From the IMG/VR virus record IMGVR_UViG_3300037466_001335, positions 1 through 64,000 of that record: DNA of 64,000 nt; one strand, 5' to 3'. The DNA is from a virus. Its lineage: Duplodnaviria; Caudoviricetes. Position 1 is the stretch's first letter; every line of letters starts with the position of its first letter. Both the position numbers and the translations under genes were made by a program. Below are positions 27,065 through 37,212 of this stretch, piece after piece. The notes beneath the pieces are model-generated. The model did not search any database and had not been told where the DNA came from. It saw only the letters and a list, made by a program, of their open reading frames with translations.

Positions 27065-27496
27065 GTGTTTGTTTGCATCCGATGTAAGAATCGTAGCAAA
27101 ACCTGACAAGCATTACAAGCACTTTGTTTAGAGTGCTTCCTCTAATTCTTATGTTTCTTATTCGTTAGGCCCTATGGTACAAATAATGAGGCGGCATGTC
27201 TCAATCAATCTATCAAAGCTGACTTATCCATTCCATTCTTAGTATTAGCCTTAATGACATGCTGATTAACATGTATTATGGGTTTCATCTCTTCCCCTCG
27301 TTGACCACATTGTAGCAGACATCCTCATCCCTGGACTAATTTCTAATTCTATTCTGTAGTGGGATTCCTAAATCATTTATCCTTCCACTTCCCCTTGTCC
27401 CTCCAAGCACTCCTCACAACATAGCCTATTGCCACAATAGCAAGAACTCCAACAGGAACAAACACTAGGTATTCGAGGATGTCTTCGTAGGTCATG

Positions 27497-27751
27497 TTAC
27501 AACCCCAATTCTTTCAGCAGTGCATCAGCGTCGAAGTCTTCCACACGAGGCTCACTGTACACTTCGCCATCAAGCATAATCACAGCAGTGGCAACGTCAA
27601 GAAAATTGTAGTGCTGCGGATGCGCTTTAGCCTGCTCAATGTGACGCTTAAGATTCTTGATTTCAGAGAACGTGGCAAGCGGGCTTGCAGTTGCTTTGAA
27701 GAACTCATTACCGCTCTTGTCAGTGATACAGATGTTGTGCCAGTCGTTCAT
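27497..27751 (-). CDS. Hypothetical early protein
   Basis: GGAG RBS; TTGACA upstream at 27817-27822. Confidence 0.65.
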   Translation of the reverse strand: MNDWHNICITDKSGNEFFKATASPLATFSEIKNLKRHIEQAKAHPQHYNFLDVATAVIMLDGEVYSEPRVEDFDADALLKELGL

Positions 27752-28137
27752 GATGTTCTCCTAGTTGATGTGTTTGCTGCTCCAATAGACACATCATCTC
27801 ACACTAGAACTTAGCCTGTCAAGCGTTTTAAGCACTATTCCTCTACTTCCCACTCTTGCACATAATACATAAACCTTTCATCTTCTCTTGTCTCGGTAGC
27901 TTTCTCAGCGCCCTCTTCCGTTAAGTGGATGCTCACAATACCATCACAGCCTTCGTCCATCAGTTTCCGTACAACGTAAACAGTAGCCATATCACTCCCC
28001 TCAAATGTAAACAATCTTCCGTTTCATAACATACAACACATCTTCCCTCTTAATCTCTGGGCTATCCTTTAGCAGCCTCTCTATCGCTTCAAGCTTGCTG
28101 CCAGCACACACAATAGCTTTCTCCCATATGTAGCGCT

Positions 28138-28365
28138 CTAGCCCGATGTTCCATTGCATGTAGTTGACTTCGTACATGGCTGTTGCTCCTCACTGACAAG
28201 CGACTTCACATATCTTTCTAGTTTCTCCCAAGCTTCTTTCTCACGATGCTCGTTTTCGTTACTAACATAACCTGTAACACTGTACAGCATCTCATTACGC
28301 GATTGAACAGACGCATAGCTAGAAGCCAGTACGAGAATCTGTTTAGCTTGCTCTTGTGTAATCAT
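28138..28365 (-). CDS. Hypothetical protein
   Basis: GGAG RBS; in tandem small-gene run. Confidence 0.55.
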   Translation of the reverse strand: MITQEQAKQILVLASSYASVQSRNEMLYSVTGYVSNENEHREKEAWEKLERYVKSLVSEEQQPCTKSTTCNGTSG

Positions 28366-28369
28366 AGCA

Positions 28370-28582
28370 TTACTCCGTACCTATCAGTTCAAGATTTTGT
28401 CTATCTGCAAGATCATGCCTGTATTGATCGAAATCAATCATTACATCATTCTCATCCCTCAACACCCATCTCCCACCCATCTGATTATTGTTCGGTGTAC
28501 GGGAATGGTATTCTCTTTTCATTATCCATCTGTTTGTTGGTGATGCATATACATCTCCTAGCATAATCATTGGTATTTTCAT
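28370..28582 (-). CDS. Hypothetical protein
   Basis: Start refined to MKIPMI; GGRWVLRDENDVMIDFDQYRHDL. Confidence 0.55.
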   Translation of the reverse strand: MKIPMIMLGDVYASPTNRWIMKREYHSRTPNNNQMGGRWVLRDENDVMIDFDQYRHDLADRQNLELIGTE

Positions 28583-28806
28583 TCTTCCCTCTCTTCCGGC
28601 AACAAACAGAAATGTGTAGGCATGAACAAATGGGGCCAACGAATGAAGTCATCAGGACGCATGAACTCGTCAATATCATTCACCCAAACACACCAAGGAT
28701 CGCTTGTATAAACGATCTTACCAAGATGCACATCAAACGCCTTCACAACAAACATTTCGTTGCCCTTGACATATTCTCCAAGCTTGTCAATGCTAATCCA
28801 TTTCAT
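28579..28806 (-). CDS. Hypothetical protein
   Basis: AAGGA RBS; coupled to next gene. Confidence 0.55.
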   Translation of the reverse strand: MKWISIDKLGEYVKGNEMFVVKAFDVHLGKIVYTSDPWCVWVNDIDEFMRPDDFIRWPHLFMPTHFCLLPEEREE

Positions 28807-28816
28807 AGCTATTCCT

Positions 28817-29002
28817 TCACATCAAACTAAGATTGTGCGGATGATATTGCTCAGACTCACCTGTACATAGAGACACAACAACATCAACTCCATTCTTGCT
28901 GTTCAGAGCAAATCCTTCCACATGTCCAATCAATCCCTCGTGAGTTTGTACAACTACACCTTTAGCGAATTGTCCAATATTCTCATCAAAGTAAATGTTC
29001 AT
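28817..29002 (-). CDS. Hypothetical protein
   Basis: GGAGGAG RBS. Confidence 0.55.
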   Translation of the reverse strand: MNIYFDENIGQFAKGVVVQTHEGLIGHVEGFALNSKNGVDVVVSLCTGESEQYHPHNLSLM

Positions 29003-29004
29003 AT

Positions 29005-29394
29005 TTATTTCTCCTCCCCAATCTCAATCATCGGCATTGTATTAGCCTTAGCTTGCCATACAGTAACATTCGTATGCGTATTTAAGGACTCGTCAGACAT
29101 CACAATGAGCAATCCCTTATGACTCCTCAACAGCATACACTCTAAATCATCCTCATGGAAGCATACACGAGAAAGCACACGATTGACAATAGCTCGTCTC
29201 ACCCCATTCTTGCCCATAGCCTGTTCCGTGTAGCACCCTCTGTCATAGCCTAGAATGTTGAGGCAATATGTTGTCTTCAGATGTAGGCCTGAGAGGGGAT
29301 TGGCTTTCTCGTTAGCTTGTGTGGCTTTGACGGAGAGACCCATTAAGGCAAGCATGGAGACACAGGATACGATAAGCTTGATGCCGGAGATCAT
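29005..29394 (-). CDS. Hypothetical protein with predicted signal peptide
   Basis: Hydrophobic N-terminus ending ATQA. Confidence 0.55.
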   Translation of the reverse strand: MISGIKLIVSCVSMLALMGLSVKATQANEKANPLSGLHLKTTYCLNILGYDRGCYTEQAMGKNGVRRAIVNRVLSRVCFHEDDLECMLLRSHKGLLIVMSDESLNTHTNVTVWQAKANTMPMIEIGEEK

Positions 29395-29403
29395 GATTGT
29401 TCC

Positions 29404-29520
29404 TCAGAGAATGCCCGCTTTGTGAAAGTCGTAAGCAATAGCAAACGGGATAGCAATGAACGTAGCAGCCGTTGCAGTGATGAACACAATCCATGCTGCG
29501 GTTTCAAGCTTCTTAAACAT
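29404..29520 (-). CDS. Small membrane protein
   Basis: AAGGAG RBS at MFKKLE; one hydrophobic helix. Confidence 0.55.
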   Translation of the reverse strand: MFKKLETAAWIVFITATAATFIAIPFAIAYDFHKAGIL

Positions 29521-29782
29521 GTTGTTCTCCTTGTGTGTTTGTGCATCCAATGAGTCTATTTTAGGACGATTGCACACAGAATGCAAGAAGATTCTTAAAA
29601 TTTTTATGGTTGATTGCTAGCAAGCTCTTTGATAGCGTCTACAAGCCATGACCAATCACCCTCACCGAATGCAGGGCTAGCCTGCTCCACTAGGTCTGCT
29701 GCGGCCTGTGCAACGCTCTTACGGTATTTCTGCACTTCCTCTCTTGTGTATGTTCTAGTTGATGTATCCATACCTAACTACC

Positions 29783-29971
29783 TCATTTAAAGATGGCTGT
29801 AGTGGCCCACACAATACAACACACAAACAGTGCAGGAATTGCCCTAAACAATCTACCCACATCACTGAACGAGCCAAAACCATTAATAGGCCAAAGCACT
29901 ACCCAAACAAATGCAACAAAAGTAACTAATGTTGGAAACATCCACCAAGTAATATCCAGAGTAATATTCAT
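29783..29971 (-). CDS. Small membrane protein
   Basis: Two hydrophobic helices; GGAGGG RBS. Confidence 0.55.
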   Translation of the reverse strand: MNITLDITWWMFPTLVTFVAFVWVVLWPINGFGSFSDVGRLFRAIPALFVCCIVWATTAIFK

Positions 29972-30036
29972 AACAATGCCCTCCCTTTATATCTGTACGC
30001 ATCTTGAAACATCTTACTAAGCTTTGCAAGCACTAT

Positions 30037-30273
30037 TTACAAATCATCATTCAAGCCTTTTTCTTCAAGGAATACTTCTACTGCAATCTTGTAGTCTCCG
30101 CAATGGTATCCTTCAAGTGTTCCTTCAAAGAAAGCCTCTTTAATCAGTGTGATAGCATCACTCTTAGATACAAGTTCTACTAAATTTGGATGATACCGAA
30201 CATGCAAGGGGATCGCTTTCTCATCTACATAATAACAATTTAAAGCTTTGTTGTACCACATTATAGTATTCAT
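30037..30273 (-). CDS. Hypothetical protein
   Basis: ORF track, tandem run. Confidence 0.5.
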   Translation of the reverse strand: MNTIMWYNKALNCYYVDEKAIPLHVRYHPNLVELVSKSDAITLIKEAFFEGTLEGYHCGDYKIAVEVFLEEKGLNDDL

Positions 30274-30277
30274 AACT

Positions 30278-30514
30278 TTATCTCTGTTTCCGTAAAGAAT
30301 CCATTAACCTAACAATCTGAGAAAGCCTTTCTATCATTACATGATATAACTCATCTACCGCAATATCTTTTGTTGTGCAGTACATATACATGCCTTCTCC
30401 ATTGCTTTTTATGGGGAGCCAAAAGTTTAGCAAAGTGGTGTTGTCTACAAAACCGCCTTCAATCTCGGTTAGCGTAATATTGTCTTTGTCAATCAGCCAA
30501 ATTGTATCATACAT
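30278..30514 (-). CDS. Hypothetical protein
   Basis: ORF track, tandem run. Confidence 0.5.
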   Translation of the reverse strand: MYDTIWLIDKDNITLTEIEGGFVDNTTLLNFWLPIKSNGEGMYMYCTTKDIAVDELYHVMIERLSQIVRLMDSLRKQR

Positions 30515-30584
30515 GATATTGTCCCTTCTTAGCTTTCTTCTCTGCCAAATTCTTTTGCAAACATGTTAGCACAAGCGAAAGCCG

Positions 30585-30932
30585 TTAGGCTTGAGTCTTG
30601 GCTGTCTTGGATGCGAGGTCTTCCCGCAGACATGACAGCATCCAGTCAATCCACTGTAGCCTGTAGCGCTTCATACTGTTAGCATTACGGGATAGTTCTG
30701 GTTGATCCCTCTCCAACCATTGATCAAGATATACATAGTTACCTAATCGCTTGCTGATGTAGTCACGAAGATTGTTTGCTGCTAAGCGGTATTTAGACTC
30801 TTCTGTAAGGTAATAAGACCAATAGATTGCAGCACAAATCCCTCTAAACTCCCCACTCTTAATCTTCTTCCTAGCCCTCTGCAATACTTCAATCTTCGCT
30901 TCGAGCATTTCGATGCTATCTTTCTTAGCCAT
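30585..30932 (-). CDS. Hypothetical protein
   Basis: GGAGG RBS; GICAAI...YRLQWIDWML. Confidence 0.6.
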   Translation of the reverse strand: MAKKDSIEMLEAKIEVLQRARKKIKSGEFRGICAAIYWSYYLTEESKYRLAANNLRDYISKRLGNYVYLDQWLERDQPELSRNANSMKRYRLQWIDWMLSCLREDLASKTAKTQA

Positions 30933-30933
30933 G

Positions 30934-31110
30934 TTAGATTTCCTCCAAAATCATCTCACAAATGTCTTCACACGTTGAAAGCCATGTCATTGCATACTCA
31001 GCTTCATGCAAAGACTTGAATTTATAAGCATGACGGTATTCGACCTGCCAACTCCATCCGGCAAAATCTTGTTCGAAATACTTACCGTCACTGTTTTTGA
31101 TGATATACAT
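30934..31110 (-). CDS. Hypothetical protein
   Basis: Start refined to MYIIKN. Confidence 0.55.
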   Translation of the reverse strand: MYIIKNSDGKYFEQDFAGWSWQVEYRHAYKFKSLHEAEYAMTWLSTCEDICEMILEEI

Positions 31111-31339
31111 AATCAAATCCCCCTCTGTTGAAAACTTAAGAGTTCCGCAAGGAACGAGTAAGACGTTGCGAAGCGGCGTACCTACGTTTAAATGCTTTCC
31201 AGCCTTCCCTCTCGAAAGCCTCCTCATACATTCCCTTCTCCGCTTCCTGGCGCTCTTTATTGCTGCCTAGCATGTCATGAATGAGGATGACGAGGGAGAG
31301 GGACATTAAGATGATGGATGGGAGCATGTTAGATTTCCT

Positions 31340-31564
31340 TTAAATGTCAATGACAATATCATAGTCTCGTTGATCTTCTACTTGCATAATTTCCCAAGGT
31401 TCAAGCTTACGATCACTTACCCATTGCCCGTCAGGGTGTTTCCACATAAGCCATCCAGCAAATCTGCCAATCATACATGCAGCATATTGTTCTTGTCCCG
31501 ACTTGGTTTGCAATAGGACGAAACCCTCAGGCATATTCGTATTCGACAAAATGCACTCCTTCAT
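31340..31564 (-). CDS. Hypothetical protein
   Basis: FAGWLMWKHPDGQWVS motif seen in phage proteins. Confidence 0.6.
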   Translation of the reverse strand: MKECILSNTNMPEGFVLLQTKSGQEQYAACMIGRFAGWLMWKHPDGQWVSDRKLEPWEIMQVEDQRDYDIVIDI

Positions 31565-31854
31565 AATTGTTGAAAATCTCCATCAGTGCATCCCATTTGC
31601 TGTTGGCACTTACAAATTTTGTGATGGAATACTCACATCCTGCGGCACCTTTAGGTTTGCCCATGAAAGTGATTTTATACGTCATCATATCATTCCCCTT
31701 ATTCAGCACAACAAACACAAGCCTTCCAGCCCTCCACCCATTGCACAGCGTTATAGCTTCCTCTCATGTATGGACATTGAGACAGCTTGGCATATCCGTA
31801 GAGATGGGCGTTGTATCCTACATTGTATGCGAGGGACATGGCAGGCTCCTATAG

Positions 31855-32052
31855 TTAAATTTCTACAGCATCCAAACACCAGTCTACATTCTTGAGCATA
31901 TCCCATTTCTTTGTGTACTGTTGCTCATGCTCAATTTGTTTAAGTGCTGTTCCTTTTGCATAGTAACTGTCTGTAGACACTACATCAATGTAAGCAAACA
32001 CTTTGTTTGTGTAGCGTTCTTGCACAAACACTAAATATTGTTTCTTGTTCAT
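31855..32052 (-). CDS. Hypothetical protein
   Basis: ORF track, tandem run. Confidence 0.5.
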   Translation of the reverse strand: MNKKQYLVFVQERYTNKVFAYIDVVSTDSYYAKGTALKQIEHEQQYTKKWDMLKNVDWCLDAVEI

Positions 32053-32160
32053 GGTGTTATTAGTATTTCTTAAAGAGGATGATGTAGATAAGATACCCTA
32101 AAACCACTGCAAGCACAAGATATGTTAGCACGGTTAATGTGTCGTCGTATGACATGTCAC

Positions 32161-32337
32161 TCACTTCCTGTATTTCCTGTTAAACAAGATGTTTTCTATT
32201 GTCTCTTCTGCACTCTTGCCGTATCCGTAGCTGTGTACAACAGTTGAAACATCTTCTATGTCAATAGGTTGTTTTCCTTTTGCTACTAACATAAGGTCTA
32301 CTTTTGTTAAGAAGTAATCGTAATCTTTAGGGTCCAT
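32161..32337 (-). CDS. Hypothetical protein
   Basis: Start refined to MDPKDY. Confidence 0.5.
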   Translation of the reverse strand: MDPKDYDYFLTKVDLMLVAKGKQPIDIEDVSTVVHSYGYGKSAEETIENILFNRKYRK

Positions 32338-32338
32338 A

Positions 32339-32533
32339 TTAAGCTTCCAATTCATCAACAAAGAACTTGCACACAAGAGCCAATACAGCAAAACTTACAG
32401 GCATTGCCAGTGCTGTTCCAACACCAACAGCTTGCACGAACAGTACTCCAGCAAACAGAGAGACGCCACAACCAATAACACTCACCATACATACGAACAT
32501 CAGGACAAGTGTAAGTTTTTCTTTGTTGGTCAT
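32339..32533 (-). CDS. Small membrane protein
   Basis: GGAG RBS; two hydrophobic helices; TTGCAC-17-TAAGAT upstream. Confidence 0.6.
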   Translation of the reverse strand: MTNKEKLTLVLMFVCMVSVIGCGVSLFAGVLFVQAVGVGTALAMPVSFAVLALVCKFFVDELEA

Positions 32534-32865
32534 GTTATGCTCCGTGTTTGTTGATTCGATGTGTGTATCTTACCTAAGCTTTCTAAGTTGTGCAAACATT
32601 TTCTTAAGAATTTTATTGTTGCAGAAATGACAAAACCGCCCGTAGGCGGCGAATGTTGCTAGAACGGCGTCCAGTTCTTATCGTACATTGCAAAGTCTTC
32701 GTCTAGTTGCTTCCAGAACTCTGGACCGTCTTGCAACTCTTTCAGTTGTGCAACTTCTGTGTTGACGTAAGATTGCCACACTTCATAATCGATTTCTTCC
32801 ATATTTCCTCTTAAAAGCAAATAACCGCCTCTAGGACGGTTTCTTGTAATTTGTTTGTTTTGCGC

Positions 32866-33624
32866 TTAAAATGACTCGTTCATGGCACTCATAAAGCTGT
32901 CAAAGTCACACTCTTCCACACTGTCCGAAAAAGTGTAATCTTGCACTATGCACTTTTCTACCTCAGGGAAATTTGGTGCGCACTTTTGCGTATAAGTATT
33001 TATAGAGTGCATAAAGTGCATACCTTCATCTGTGCCAGTGTCAGAGTTACGTTCTTCAAGCATAAGAACAATATCATTCAACCTGTCACAGTGCGTCTCT
33101 ACACCCTCAGGGGTAAGGCCACTACCATACAACAGTTTAATGATGGCGTATCTAATGCTCAGATCATAGGATGAATCCAAGTCTAGTTCGCGTCGAAAGT
33201 AAGACACTTGCTCACTAAGGCTAATCATAACGTTGTCAACTGACGACATTAGCATGTTAAAACTAATCCTTGCGTTCTCAGGTTGCATCCAATACGGTCT
33301 AATAAGTGTGTTTGGTTGCTTCTTAATTGCAGCCTTAAACCGTTTGATTGCTTTTTCTTCCATGTCTTGACTTTCCTTGGTGCCATCTTGTGGATAGATA
33401 GATCGAACAAGATACTTGATTTCTGCTACAGTGATTCCAGTAACAGACTGTGCAATCTTAACCGCTTGTTTGATTGCTTCTTTCTCATCCTTGTTCTTCT
33501 CAACATCTTTAAGATTCTTCTTACACCAGTCTACACTATACCCTGTAGATTCAGCAATTTGTTGGTATGTCTGGCCTGCGGCCCGTAGTTCAATGGCTTG
33601 TTGTTTCTTATCTTGTGGCGTCAT
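32866..33624 (-). CDS. 252-aa protein with N-terminal HTH
   Basis: LRAAGQTYQQIAESTGYSVDW; perfect promoter at 33654-33682; hairpin terminator at about 32820-32845. Confidence 0.7.
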   Translation of the reverse strand: MTPQDKKQQAIELRAAGQTYQQIAESTGYSVDWCKKNLKDVEKNKDEKEAIKQAVKIAQSVTGITVAEIKYLVRSIYPQDGTKESQDMEEKAIKRFKAAIKKQPNTLIRPYWMQPENARISFNMLMSSVDNVMISLSEQVSYFRRELDLDSSYDLSIRYAIIKLLYGSGLTPEGVETHCDRLNDIVLMLEERNSDTGTDEGMHFMHSINTYTQKCAPNFPEVEKCIVQDYTFSDSVEECDFDSFMSAMNESF

Positions 33625-33887
33625 AAATTACCTTACATGATTCAATAAGTGTAATTATACACCTTCTTATTAAGCCTGTCAAGTTTGAGTGTATTTATGC
33701 ACTTTGTTTGGTGCAAGAGCGAAGCGAATACAAGAGACAAGATAAATGCCTCTGTGTGAGGCAATACATTGCATCTGCTAGATGTACCATGCGAGAGACA
33801 GCAAACATATCACACCTACGACACACGCAACAGCTAGCATCGTACAAATAATCTTGATCGCATATTTATAGTTATAGGTAGCCTCCG

Positions 33888-34106
33888 TCATACAGCCTCC
33901 AAAATCTTATATCCTACATCTGACGTTTGAATAGCAAGCCTACAGTTGCGAGTGACATATTGTAAAACTTGCTTCACATGCTCTAAATCATCTGTGAACT
34001 CACAACTTGTGTATCGACCTCCAAGAGATAAATTTACTAACAATGTTTGCTCGTAACTATTTGTGTACAGCAAAGCGTAGAGTTTCTTCACACTACCAAT
34101 CCCCAT
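33888..34106 (-). CDS. Hypothetical protein
   Basis: ORF track. Confidence 0.4.
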   Translation of the reverse strand: MGIGSVKKLYALLYTNSYEQTLLVNLSLGGRYTSCEFTDDLEHVKQVLQYVTRNCRLAIQTSDVGYKILEAV

Positions 34107-34257
34107 TCCCGATGTTAAGATACTGGTCTAAGGCATAACCCCATCCTGATAACCACATATAGTAATCATCTGTGCCGACCGGGTAGGGATTATCTACAGA
34201 CTTCTGCTGAGCATTGTAAGCCTCGTAGCCTTCACTAAATGGTGTTGTCATCGTCGT

Positions 34258-34440
34258 CTACTCTATTCTATCACGCCAATGAATTCCACCGTCTTTAGCA
34301 CACCTAATAGCCTGTTCTAATTTGCGTATCATTTCTTCAGCATCTGATATGCTCTGCAATCGAATTGAAAATGTACAATCGTCAGATATACAATATTCAA
34401 TGTATATCATGTCAAGCATGACACTTATTTCAATATCCAT
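34258..34440 (-). CDS. Hypothetical protein
   Basis: ORF track; purine-rich RBS. Confidence 0.5.
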   Translation of the reverse strand: MDIEISVMLDMIYIEYCISDDCTFSIRLQSISDAEEMIRKLEQAIRCAKDGGIHWRDRIE

Positions 34441-34442
34441 GT

Positions 34443-34636
34443 TTAATCCCCCGTCCTATCCCTCGGCACATCCCCTTGCCAAAACCCTGTATTCTCTAAT
34501 GGGTCATCCATCCACCGGTCCCATACCTCACACCCATCATACCCAAAATCTAGGCACACAGCGCATCAGCGCAAACGTGATGTTTCTTGCAAAGGGTTTT
34601 AAGCTCTGCAATAAAGTTGTCATATTTGGTCGTCAT
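34443..34636 (-). pseudogene. Small gene frameshifted by an 8-nt tandem duplication
   Basis: MTTKYDNFIAELKTLCKKHHV... stops early; deleting one TGCGCTGA unit joins it to LDFGYDGCEVWD...GD* and gives 61 aa. Confidence 0.55.
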
Positions 34637-34644
34637 TTGTCGCC

Positions 34645-34884
34645 TCAATAACCGTTCACGACATATTCTGGCAACCCATCGCACAGCCCCTCACGCTTAA
34701 GAATTGGCAACACTTTAGCCGCAATCTCTGCATTCGATAACCCTTTGTGCTTGCTGAAAACGTCTTTCATAAGCTCTTTCTGTCTCTCTTGAAACTTAGA
34801 AAGCTTGGTAAGGTAGTCCGCCCATTCTTCCATACCTTGCTTGCCTTGCATAGCTGCTGCAACCATATCAGCGTAGTTAGTCAT
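34645..34884 (-). CDS. Hypothetical protein
   Basis: GGAGG RBS; promoter at 34932-34961. Confidence 0.65.
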   Translation of the reverse strand: MTNYADMVAAAMQGKQGMEEWADYLTKLSKFQERQKELMKDVFSKHKGLSNAEIAAKVLPILKREGLCDGLPEYVVNGY

Positions 34885-34995
34885 CTTATCCTCCCTTTCC
34901 GGCCTCGCCCTCTGCGCTGCCCGTGTGATGTATAGTAGAACACAAAAGGAAAGCTTGTCAAGCCTTACACCAACTCTATTTAAGATACATCATGA

Positions 34996-35238
34996 TTAAA
35001 TAACACCGATTGCGGCGAAATCATCATAAGACATCGTTGAAAGCTGTTCAAAAGTCAAATTAGAAATAATCTTGGCATTCTCCCAATGTTCACCGGGCCG
35101 CATCGGCCGTGCCAACTGCGTGGCACACAAAATAAACCAATGTGGAAATTCGTTCTTATCATAATTTTCCAAATCTTCTGGAACTTTGATGCTTGCTTCG
35201 TTTGCGGCTGCAACTAGCATTTGTGGAAAAATCAACAT
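34996..35238 (-). CDS. Hypothetical protein
   Basis: GAGGAGG RBS; promoter at 35269-35297. Confidence 0.65.
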   Translation of the reverse strand: MLIFPQMLVAAANEASIKVPEDLENYDKNEFPHWFILCATQLARPMRPGEHWENAKIISNLTFEQLSTMSYDDFAAIGVI

Positions 35239-35444
35239 ATATCCTCCTCATGTGTTAACCATGCACCCATTCTATCTAAGCTTTTTAAGCCTGTCAAGCG
35301 CCATATCAATCTTATTTTCGTCACGCGTCACACAAAACAAAAAGGCCACACTACCCATTGCTGGAAAGCATGGCCCCGCGCCGCACGTTAGGCAAAGTGT
35401 TAGAAAGTGGCGCATGAATAGGGTAGATGGTTTGTGATGGCATG

Positions 35445-35651
35445 TCAAGTATTGTGTTGTCCTTCCCAATCTTCTGCAATCTTGATGTCAACACGTTTGT
35501 TGCACGAAATGCAGGTAGGTATCGTCTTAGAGACTGTCCGCTGCATTTCTGCTAATGCTGATTCACCCCAAGCACCTACCATATCATAGGATATTACGAG
35601 TTTGTAAGAGAACCCAATGTCACTTCCACATTTTGGGCAACAATCTTTCAT
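35445..35651 (-). CDS. Small zinc-ribbon protein
   Basis: CPKC...CISC. Confidence 0.55.
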   Translation of the reverse strand: MKDCCPKCGSDIGFSYKLVISYDMVGAWGESALAEMQRTVSKTIPTCISCNKRVDIKIAEDWEGQHNT

Positions 35652-35841
35652 TCCCCACCCCCAAACACATCCTCCTCACTCTTCCGCATCCCCTTCAAGC
35701 TAAGCGCTCGATACGTCCTATAATATTTCTTCCACACCATCTTTTCACGCTCCCATTTCTTTCTGCTGTTACGTGGAACTAACACCATAGCATACATGGC
35801 TTGTTTGCCGCCATAGTGGCCTTCTCTGGCATTGCGTGATG

Positions 35842-36099
35842 TCATCTGATGTTCCCTTCCTCGTCAATATTAGCATTAGCAAAAGCTTCCTCGACAAGCA
35901 TTTGTGCAGCTTCAATGATGCCGATGCCTGTCAGGTAAGACAATCCAGCTTCCGCAATGCACCATTGTTGCAAAGATTCGTCGTCAGTGTCAAGCCATGC
36001 ATTTACCATTTCAACAGTTGGAAAAGCTCCGGCGCAGAGCAGACACAGCACTTCTATAAAACGTTGCCTTGTTTTATAAGATTTCCAATTCAATTCCAC
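35842..36099 (-). CDS. Hypothetical protein
   Basis: GAGGAG RBS. Confidence 0.55.
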   Translation of the reverse strand: MELNWKSYKTRQRFIEVLCLLCAGAFPTVEMVNAWLDTDDESLQQWCIAEAGLSYLTGIGIIEAAQMLVEEAFANANIDEEGNIR

Positions 36100-36215
36100 A
36101 ATAGTTTCTCCTCACATCTTAAAGCGATTGTAGGCGTTCGTCGAGCCCGGACATAGTTCGCAACGTCTTTGTTACGATCGTTGAATGTAGGCCCGTTTGG
36201 TGCTTCCTAGGGCTA

Positions 36216-36857
36216 TTATGGATGCCACCCCGGCACATTCAGGCGAACAACAGTGCGGATGCAATCATGTGGCACTGCTACGCTCTCGTGCAACATCGTT
36301 ACATTGCCAGCATACACAACACCGGCTTGCATATCAAGACATTCGAGAGATGACAAGTTAATGTGTGCGCAATCCCCGCCGTCTTTAGGCTTTCCAACAA
36401 ACTCACCATTATAAGCTTTTGCTGCCGTTACAGAAGAGGCAAGAATGATCCCTTCTTGTTGTTCGTAGCTTGCCTCTTCCCAGCTTTGCGCCATACTAAT
36501 ATGACTTCTTCCGGGCCATCCTCCGTGTGTCGGTTGAGATTTATGACTCGGCATACCACCGTGTGCGCTAATCCCTCGATGTCCTCCATGTGCAGAAATT
36601 CCGGGATTCCAATAACCGTCGATGTGCACGCCAGGACGACGGTGCGGGTTACCAGCTTTAACAACGCTTTGATCGACCATCAAATAGATAGGCCCATCAG
36701 TATCAACACCATCAAGCATTGCATCCACAGTGTTTTGCCAATGTTTGATATCTGTCGGTAAACCTTTGTGTTTGTAGAATTCACGCATATAGATGCGTTC
36801 ACCAATTTGATTTGCAAATTTTACGTTTCCGCGCTGCTGCACTACACTTTTTAACAT
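36216..36857 (-). CDS. Putative 2OG-Fe(II) dioxygenase-like protein
   Basis: HRRPGVHIDG (HxD), distal LHES, C-terminal RTVVRL; His/Gly-rich insert. Confidence 0.55.
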   Translation of the reverse strand: MLKSVVQQRGNVKFANQIGERIYMREFYKHKGLPTDIKHWQNTVDAMLDGVDTDGPIYLMVDQSVVKAGNPHRRPGVHIDGYWNPGISAHGGHRGISAHGGMPSHKSQPTHGGWPGRSHISMAQSWEEASYEQQEGIILASSVTAAKAYNGEFVGKPKDGGDCAHINLSSLECLDMQAGVVYAGNVTMLHESVAVPHDCIRTVVRLNVPGWHP

Positions 36858-36901
36858 TTTAATTTCTCCTATCATCCCGCATTAAACGATTAGATAAAGC
36901 T

Positions 36902-37126
36902 TCATTGCACACCTCGAAGAGAAACCACCTTCAAATGACAGCCCTTACGAGGTACATACGAATACTCCTCCTCAAACATTGGCTCATCTTCCCAATAGTT
37001 TCCCCATCCGTCCATATGCCTGTACTGAACATCTCCTGTTTCTTTGTGGATACGCATCGAGTAGTCCAAATTGTAATACCACTGATCGGCAAATAAATAA
37101 TTGAGGATAGCTTTAATGGTTTTCAT
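36902..37126 (-). CDS. Hypothetical protein
   Basis: GGAGG RBS; promoter at 37156-37184. Confidence 0.6.
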   Translation of the reverse strand: MKTIKAILNYLFADQWYYNLDYSMRIHKETGDVQYRHMDGWGNYWEDEPMFEEEYSYVPRKGCHLKVVSLRGVQ

Positions 37127-37212
37127 GATTGCCTCCGTTGTGTTAATGTAGAGCTAGTGTAGGTGCTTAAAAGGCTTGTGTCAAGCTTTATTTGCACGCT
37201 CGTTAGCGATGT

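Noticed and set aside
35445-35651. Stand-alone primase zinc-binding domain
   Set aside because: Cys spacing and early-block location do not resemble the T7-type ZBD; no supporting evidence
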